Shown piece after piece: positions 58,226-64,000 of a stretch of 64,000 nucleotides of DNA. Below the pieces are notes generated by a model, which was not told the origin of the DNA, did not search any database, and saw nothing but the letters and a program-made list of their open reading frames with translations. The translations under genes and the position numbers were made by a program. The DNA comes from Terriglobia bacterium (GTDB lineage Bacteria > Acidobacteriota > Terriglobia > 20CM-2-55-15), in the NCBI GenBank assembly GCA_963664115.2, contig CAXWPJ010000012.1, forward strand, positions 352,001 through 416,000, read 5' to 3'. The first letter of the stretch is position 1, and every line of letters begins with the position of its first letter.

Positions 58226-60811
58226 ATGATCGGAAAGAAGCTCGCGCACTACGAAGTCACCGGCAAGCTTGGAGAGGGCGCCATGGGCGCCGTCTATCGC
58301 GCCCGGGACTTGCGACTCCACCGGGATGTCGCATTGAAGGTCCTGCCTGAGTCCTTCAGCAAAGATCCGCACCGCATGGTGCGGTTCGAGCGGGAAGCCC
58401 AGGTGTTGGCCTCCATCAACCATCCCAACGTCGCGGCGATCTACGGTCTGGAAGAATCCGGAGGCGTTCGATGTCTCGTGCTGGAGCTGATCGAGGGTCC
58501 GACTTTACGAGAGCACCTCGATAGAAATTCTCTGTCTTTCAGGCAAGCGATTGACATGGCACTGCAAATCGCCCGTGCTCTGGAAGCGACGCACGCAAAG
58601 GGAATCACACATCGCGACCTGAACCCCGCCAATATCAAAATTCTCGAAAACGGAATAATAAAGGTTCTGGATTTCGGCCTGGCCAAAGTGTTCATGGACG
58701 ACGAGAAGACCTCCCCCCTGTCGACCAAAGCGGGTGTGCTGCTGGGAACGCCTGCATATATGAGTCCGGAGCAGGTACGGGGCGGTGCGGTCGACAGCCG
58801 CGCGGACATCTGGGCCTTTGGGTGTGTCCTATTCGAGATGCTCGCCGGGGAGCACGCGTTTCTCAAGAGCACGGTACCGGATACCTTGACCACAGTTCTG
58901 GATCGGGAGCCCGAGTGGGGGAAGCTGCTTCAAAGCACGCCGCCCGCTCTTAGGCGACTACTCGGTCGATGCCTTGCTAAGGAACCCCAACATCGGCTGC
59001 GTCATATTGGCGATGCCATCCTGGAGCTGGAAGAAGCGACTGAAGAAGCCGGTCGCACAGCGTCGGCCAGCATCCCCGTCTCGCAGGGTCGTTGGAGATC
59101 AGCCGCAGCAGTCGGTCTGCTCGGCCTGGTGGTCGGCCTCATGGTGGGCATTCGTGTGTGGGACACCACGCCCGCTGAATTCAGTCTCATTCGCCAGCAG
59201 ATACAGATTACTGACGAGCCCGCCGTTGAAACCTGGCCCAGCCTCTCCCCCGATGGCCAGAACCTGGTGTATGCGGGCAACGGCTCCGGCAATTGGGATA
59301 TTTACTTCAGGCGCGTCGATGGACAGACGGCCATCAACCTGACCGAAAACTTCGAAGGTGATGACCATCAGCCCGCGCTCTCGCCCGATGGCGGACGGAT
59401 CGCGTTCCAATCCAATCGTGACGGCTTGGAAGGCATCTTTGTCATGGGAGCCACAGGGGAATCGATTCGGCGGTTGACGGACTTCGGAGCAAACCCCGCC
59501 TGGTCGCCCGACGGAACGGAAATCGTGTTTGCGACGCTGGAAGTCGAAAGCGACCCCACCACTCGCGGCGGCCTTGACGGAGAGCTCTGGGTCGTCAACG
59601 TGGAAAGTGAGGGTACTCGCCAGCTTGCGACAGCGGGCCGGGACGCAACACAACCCAGTTGGTCACCGAATGGATATCGAATCGCATTCTGGGGTCTGGA
59701 CAGGAAACGCGGCTCCGGGCAGCGAGATATCTGGACAATTCCAGCCGAGGGGGGTGAACCCACTGCGGTCACCGAGGACGTTTATACCGACTGGAACCCC
59801 GTCTGGTCACCCGATGGTCAATACCTCTATTTCTCAAGCGACCGCGCCGGTGGAATGAATCTTTGGCGCGTCCGGATCGACGAACGCACCGGAATTCCGA
59901 CGGGCCAACCGGAACAGATAACCACCGGTGGCTTTTCCCAACAGTTACACCTGACCTTGGCCGGCTCCCAACTGGCCTACGCCGAGCGTCGATCCCGTAC
60001 CAACATTTACGCAGTGGATTTCGATCCCGAAACCGGGCGGGTCGTCGGTGAACCCCAGGCCATCACTCGAGGTTCCCGCGTTGTTGACCACCCCGACGTT
60101 TCCAGAGATGGCCAATGGTTGACGTACATGATCCGAGGCGCGCGGGAGTCCATCATGGCAAGCAGGACGGACGGAAGCGACCTGCGTCGGCTCACGAATG
60201 ATGCGTTCAAGAATAGGGGTCCGCGATGGACTCAGGATGGTACACAGATCGCCTTCTATTCGGATCGAAGCGGTAGCTATGGAATTTGGGTGATGGATCC
60301 CGACGGAAGCGGCCAGACACAAATCACGAACAATCCGGAAACTCCGATAGTCAACCCCGTCTGGTCACCCGACGGTGCAAGGCTGGTTTACGCGTACAAC
60401 GATGTTACTTATGTCGTCGAAGGCCCGGATTGGAGCGAACAGACGCCCACCCGGGTCATGGAGTCGCGGCCGGCCGATTGGTCTCCAGATGGGCGCAGAC
60501 TGGCCAATTCATCCACCCTCACGAACCCGTGGCCGCTTCGGATTCACTCCTTCGATACGGGCGAAACCCTGGAGGTCTCGACTCTCCCGAGCTTCGGCGG
60601 CCGCTGGCTGGACGATCGCAGGCTCGTTTTCGCTTCCGACGGCGAAATCCGATTGATCGACGTTGACTCCGGCCTGTCCCAGCGATTGTTGGACGGCCCC
60701 CGGGGCGAGACCATCAACGTCGCTGGATTTTCACCCGACCGGAGAACGCTCTATGTTCTGCTGAGCGCCGAACCGGAGTCCGACATCTGGCTCATGACTC
60801 TGGGCCCCTAG
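58226..60811 (+). CDS. Hanks-type Ser/Thr kinase with TM helix and TolB/PD40 beta-propellers
   Basis: LGEGAMGAVY, VALK, HRDLNPAN, DFGLAK, YMSPEQ, DIWAFG; repeated WSPDG. Confidence 0.92.
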   Translation: MIGKKLAHYEVTGKLGEGAMGAVYRARDLRLHRDVALKVLPESFSKDPHRMVRFEREAQVLASINHPNVAAIYGLEESGGVRCLVLELIEGPTLREHLDRNSLSFRQAIDMALQIARALEATHAKGITHRDLNPANIKILENGIIKVLDFGLAKVFMDDEKTSPLSTKAGVLLGTPAYMSPEQVRGGAVDSRADIWAFGCVLFEMLAGEHAFLKSTVPDTLTTVLDREPEWGKLLQSTPPALRRLLGRCLAKEPQHRLRHIGDAILELEEATEEAGRTASASIPVSQGRWRSAAAVGLLGLVVGLMVGIRVWDTTPAEFSLIRQQIQITDEPAVETWPSLSPDGQNLVYAGNGSGNWDIYFRRVDGQTAINLTENFEGDDHQPALSPDGGRIAFQSNRDGLEGIFVMGATGESIRRLTDFGANPAWSPDGTEIVFATLEVESDPTTRGGLDGELWVVNVESEGTRQLATAGRDATQPSWSPNGYRIAFWGLDRKRGSGQRDIWTIPAEGGEPTAVTEDVYTDWNPVWSPDGQYLYFSSDRAGGMNLWRVRIDERTGIPTGQPEQITTGGFSQQLHLTLAGSQLAYAERRSRTNIYAVDFDPETGRVVGEPQAITRGSRVVDHPDVSRDGQWLTYMIRGARESIMASRTDGSDLRRLTNDAFKNRGPRWTQDGTQIAFYSDRSGSYGIWVMDPDGSGQTQITNNPETPIVNPVWSPDGARLVYAYNDVTYVVEGPDWSEQTPTRVMESRPADWSPDGRRLANSSTLTNPWPLRIHSFDTGETLEVSTLPSFGGRWLDDRRLVFASDGEIRLIDVDSGLSQRLLDGPRGETINVAGFSPDRRTLYVLLSAEPESDIWLMTLGP

Positions 60812-60954
60812 CCTTCGCGCGTGGTGACTCCCGACGACGTGTCGCATCGAGGCCGTCGCGACGAGTCCGATCGAAAACAACTTTGATCACTGAACCCACC
60901 TACCCGCGCGCCACTCACGATATAGAACATCATCAGCGCGCCCGGCCGTGGCAG

Positions 60955-61653
60955 TCAACGCGCTACGGGCGTGCCATAGACTTCGATCCAGTCCACGATC
61001 AGATTTCCCGACGTGCCATGGCCTGCGCCTGAGGTCAGAGTGGTAAAGCCGATCTCGTCAACCTGGCTCAAGTCCACGCCGGTCTTCCAGAGCGGCTGGC
61101 CCCGAACGTTGCCCGCTTCAAACATCGTCTCTGGATTCAGAGGCCTCCATCGAGGGACGTCGACCAGGAAAACTTCGGTCTCGCGTAAATAGGTCGAAAG
61201 CGGCTCTTGATAGTCGCCTACCAGCAGCGTTCCATCCGACAGCTTTATGAGCGGACGAATCTGGTGGAGGCTTCTCTGCCGCACTCGCCAGCGCAGCCGG
61301 CCTGTGCTTCTCAAATCGAGAAAGTTATTCTTATGCTTGAGCATGACGGCCCACGTTCCTTCGGCAACTCCCGTGTAGACGACGCTCACGAGTTCCCCTG
61401 GGTTCGTCGGGTCTCCCTCGTTGCCCAGCAGGAGCCCGGAGTCCCGGCCAACTCCTGGTTTCGAACCCGGACCGTAGACCATTAGATCCAGATTCGGATT
61501 CGTCACCGCGTCCTGTGTCAACTGCACTTGACCCGCGGGTCCCTCCTTAAAGTCTTCACGGAAAAGTAGCGAAGCCGCGTCTTCCTGCGCGAAGCTGTTT
61601 AGGCCGAAGCCCAGAACCACGAGTACCGATAGGATACAAATTGTTTTTCGCAT
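60955..61653 (-). CDS. Secreted hypothetical protein (beta-sandwich-like)
   Basis: GGGAGG RBS, signal peptide ..NSFA, LLFREDFK, DLSQVDEIGF..GAGHG..VDWIEVYG. Confidence 0.7.
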   Translation of the reverse strand: MRKTICILSVLVVLGFGLNSFAQEDAASLLFREDFKEGPAGQVQLTQDAVTNPNLDLMVYGPGSKPGVGRDSGLLLGNEGDPTNPGELVSVVYTGVAEGTWAVMLKHKNNFLDLRSTGRLRWRVRQRSLHQIRPLIKLSDGTLLVGDYQEPLSTYLRETEVFLVDVPRWRPLNPETMFEAGNVRGQPLWKTGVDLSQVDEIGFTTLTSGAGHGTSGNLIVDWIEVYGTPVAR

Positions 61654-61982
61654 CACGTCCTCCCTTGCGTTTCTTAGCCACTGATGATTGGTGATCCGGC
61701 TTTCCGCCGCCCGACATCGGGTATCTCTCCCCGGTCCCGAAACAGCCAGTTCACGTCGGCCAGAGCAACCGTGCACATTGGAATATCAGAAACTCTCGAC
61801 AGAGTCCACAGCGAAGGCCGCCGAAATTCGGGGCACCTCCCTTGGATTCCGCCGCCAGTCGTGATCTCGGGTCCTGTGTCGGCTTGGGCTCGCGCTTAAC
61901 GATACGCGTTATTGACTTCCCCCTTCGCTTTCTTCAAACCGGTCACTTCAGTAGCGATAACTCGACAAGACCCGGCACCATC

Positions 61983-62011
61983 TTGTTAACCCCTAAACGA
62001 TGGGGTAGACT
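61983..62011 (+). promoter_or_regulatory. Putative sigma70 promoter of the second DUF6644 pair
   Basis: TTGTTA-N17-TAGACT with an ACCCC..GGGGT dyad in the spacer. Confidence 0.45.
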
Positions 62012-62038
62012 CCGCCGTGAAATAACAAACCACAAAAC

Positions 62039-62554
62039 ATGAATTTTGATCCCTTTTTTCGGTGGGTGGAAGAAAGTTCCCTGAGTGTCTGGATAGTAGA
62101 ATCTCCATCCATGTTTGCATTTCCAGGCATCCTGGTTTTCCACGCCCTGGGGATGGCTTTCCTGGTGGGAGGCAATGTTGCCCTGGATTTGCGCGTGCTC
62201 GGGTTTGCCCGAGGTATCCCGGTTCCTTCGATGGAGAGATTCTTTCCTGTCATGTGGTTCGGCTTCTTGGTGAACACAATATCCGGGATCTTGCTGTTGA
62301 TCGGGTATCCGACCAAGGCGCTGACGAATCCCGTTTTTTACCTGAAGCTCACGCTGATCCTACTGGCCATGGTGACCATGCGGTGGTTCCAGGTAAGGAT
62401 TCTGCGCAACCCGGGCCCGGAAAAGGATTCCGTTTCCTCAAGAGCCAGGCTCCTGGCGGTCGTCTCCATCCTTATGTGGTTTGGAGCGGTCACCTCCGGC
62501 CGCCTGCTGGCCTATACCGCGAACCGATTGACGGTGGACCTGCTGAATTTCTAG
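62039..62554 (+). CDS. DUF6644-like membrane protein, subtype A (paralog of 11796)
   Basis: ESPSMFAFP..FHALGMAFLVG..DLRVLG, NPVFYLKL, GRLLAY. Confidence 0.82.
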   Translation: MNFDPFFRWVEESSLSVWIVESPSMFAFPGILVFHALGMAFLVGGNVALDLRVLGFARGIPVPSMERFFPVMWFGFLVNTISGILLLIGYPTKALTNPVFYLKLTLILLAMVTMRWFQVRILRNPGPEKDSVSSRARLLAVVSILMWFGAVTSGRLLAYTANRLTVDLLNF

Positions 62555-62588
62555 AACTTAATAATTATGAAGAGCGACAGAGACTGAA

Positions 62589-63107
62589 ATGGCAGCCTTC
62601 ATGGAATCGTTCCGGATCTGGATCGATGGCACGGCCGCGTCCGCTTTCATGGGCCAATCCTGGTGGGCATGGCGCGTAGCGGAGAGCCTCCACTTTTTCG
62701 GTCTGTCCCTCCTGATCGGTACTGTCGGCATGTTCGACCTGAGGTTGATCGGGCTGGTCAAAAGTGTCCCGCTGACCGCCTTGCATCGCATGGTGCCCTG
62801 GGGCATCTTCGGATACCTCATCAACGTATCCACCGGGATCCTTTTCTTTGCCGGCTTTCCCGACCAGTACATGTACAACCCTTCCTTTCACCTCAAGATG
62901 TTGTTCATGGGAATGGCCGGCATCAACGTGCTTGTTTTCTACCTGGTCGTTTTCGGCAAGATCAAAGCGCTGGACTTGAACGACGAACCCCCTCCCGCTG
63001 CCAGGATCATCGGGCTGGTATCCCTGATGTGCTGGGTCGCTGTCATCACGTTCGGCCGTCTGCTGACCTTCTACCGCCCTCCCTGGTACTGGTGCCCGTG
63101 GTGCTAG
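62589..63107 (+). CDS. DUF6644-like membrane protein, subtype B (paralog of 12302) with C-terminal CPWC
   Basis: ESLHFFGLSLLIG..DLRLIG, FHLKM, GRLLTFYRPPWYWCPWC. Confidence 0.82.
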   Translation: MAAFMESFRIWIDGTAASAFMGQSWWAWRVAESLHFFGLSLLIGTVGMFDLRLIGLVKSVPLTALHRMVPWGIFGYLINVSTGILFFAGFPDQYMYNPSFHLKMLFMGMAGINVLVFYLVVFGKIKALDLNDEPPPAARIIGLVSLMCWVAVITFGRLLTFYRPPWYWCPWC

Positions 63108-63194
63108 CCCCCGGAAGCAGTCGTGCGATTTCGTTCCCGCAGCCACTTCTATTTTTTCCTGTGTCGCGCCCGGACGTTTGAGACCGGACCCTCT

Positions 63195-64000
63195 TTACTG
63201 CCACGCCGAATAGACGGGCTTGCCGATCAGAGTGGTAGGATCGGCGCCCGCGCGCGGACGGAACTTCTGGAAACGTCCGGCGTCGACCTCAGCGACGTAG
63301 AGGTTCCCTTCCTGGTCCGTGCTTACGCCGTGCACGCCCCAGAGCGTGCCTGGAAAATCAGCAACCGTTCCCCACGAGTACAGGAGATGGCCCTCGAGAT
63401 CGTACTTCAGCATCTTGTGGGTATTGCGATCGAAGGTTACCAGCGTTCGATCCGCACCGATCTGGACGAAGTGAAGGCTGGACGGTCTGACATTGATCTT
63501 CCACTCGGAGAGGTAGGTGCCGTTCTCGTCGAATATCTGGATGCGATGGTTGTCGCGATCATTGACGAACACCCGCCCGGTCTCGACGTCGACCGCCACG
63601 CCATGAACGTTGTTCATGTATCCGGGGCGGGTTTCCTCCCCGCCTTCGCCCGCCATTCCGAAGTCCAGCAGGAACTCGCCATTCACATCAAACTTCGCGA
63701 CGCGCGTGCCGTTGTACCCGTCGGCCACGTAGAAGCTCCCATCAGGCATCCACGCCATGAACGTCGGTCGGTTGAAATGTGTCGCATCGGCACCTGCCAC
63801 GTTGGGTGTCCCGATCGTCTGGACCAGCTGCGAGCCGTCGTTCGTAAATTTGTAGATCGCATGCGTGTGGTCATCGACAATCCAGACATGCTTTTGCGGA
63901 TCATACGGGCTGATATAGATGGAGTGCGGGCGCTTGAACAAATCGTCCCACTGCGTCCACTCTTCGATAATGTTGCCCTCCCTGTCGACAACGATCACAC
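63195..64000 (-). CDS. NHL-repeat PAL-like lyase (partial, 5' end outside the window)
   Basis: RPHSI, YVADGY, NVHGV, DRDNHRIQ, GVHGV. Confidence 0.85.
   Translation of the reverse strand, partial: VIVVDREGNIIEEWTQWDDLFKRPHSIYISPYDPQKHVWIVDDHTHAIYKFTNDGSQLVQTIGTPNVAGADATHFNRPTFMAWMPDGSFYVADGYNGTRVAKFDVNGEFLLDFGMAGEGGEETRPGYMNNVHGVAVDVETGRVFVNDRDNHRIQIFDENGTYLSEWKINVRPSSLHFVQIGADRTLVTFDRNTHKMLKYDLEGHLLYSWGTVADFPGTLWGVHGVSTDQEGNLYVAEVDAGRFQKFRPRAGADPTTLIGKPVYSAWQ

Overview
A GC-rich bacterial chromosomal window, most likely from an uncultured Acidobacteriota (inferred from the TonB type, Ser/Thr kinase-TolB fusion, DUF5916, DUF5117/4953 protease and DUF6152/DUF6644 expansions). It holds about 50 real CDS, mostly secreted or membrane proteins. 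No rRNA, tRNA or CRISPR array was seen. Routine genes include trkAH, tonB, an AI-2E transporter, an APC permease, pirin, bactofilin, a class IV aminotransferase, GDPD, a stand-alone LKR, a GAF-GAF-PAS adenylate cyclase and an ECF sigma/anti-sigma pair. One complete IS1380 (8299-10146, CTAG(T) target duplication) sits inside a REP-like hairpin. Two multi-gene systems stand out. (1) An expanded periplasmic module: five DUF6152 paralogs whose mature N-terminus is His-His plus a distal P-H (histidine-brace-like), two Cys-containing partner proteins, two copies of a DUF6644 A/B membrane pair, three PAL-like NHL propellers, a PQQ dehydrogenase and c-type cytochromes. I hypothesise an undescribed metal (Cu)-dependent periplasmic redox/oxygenase-lyase system. 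(2) A secreted CHAT (caspase-like) protease encoded in an operon with a two-partner secretion pair and a divergent RG-motif partner. Several single-base frameshifts and gene remnants suggest decay or assembly errors. All family calls come from motif recognition by eye, not database searches.
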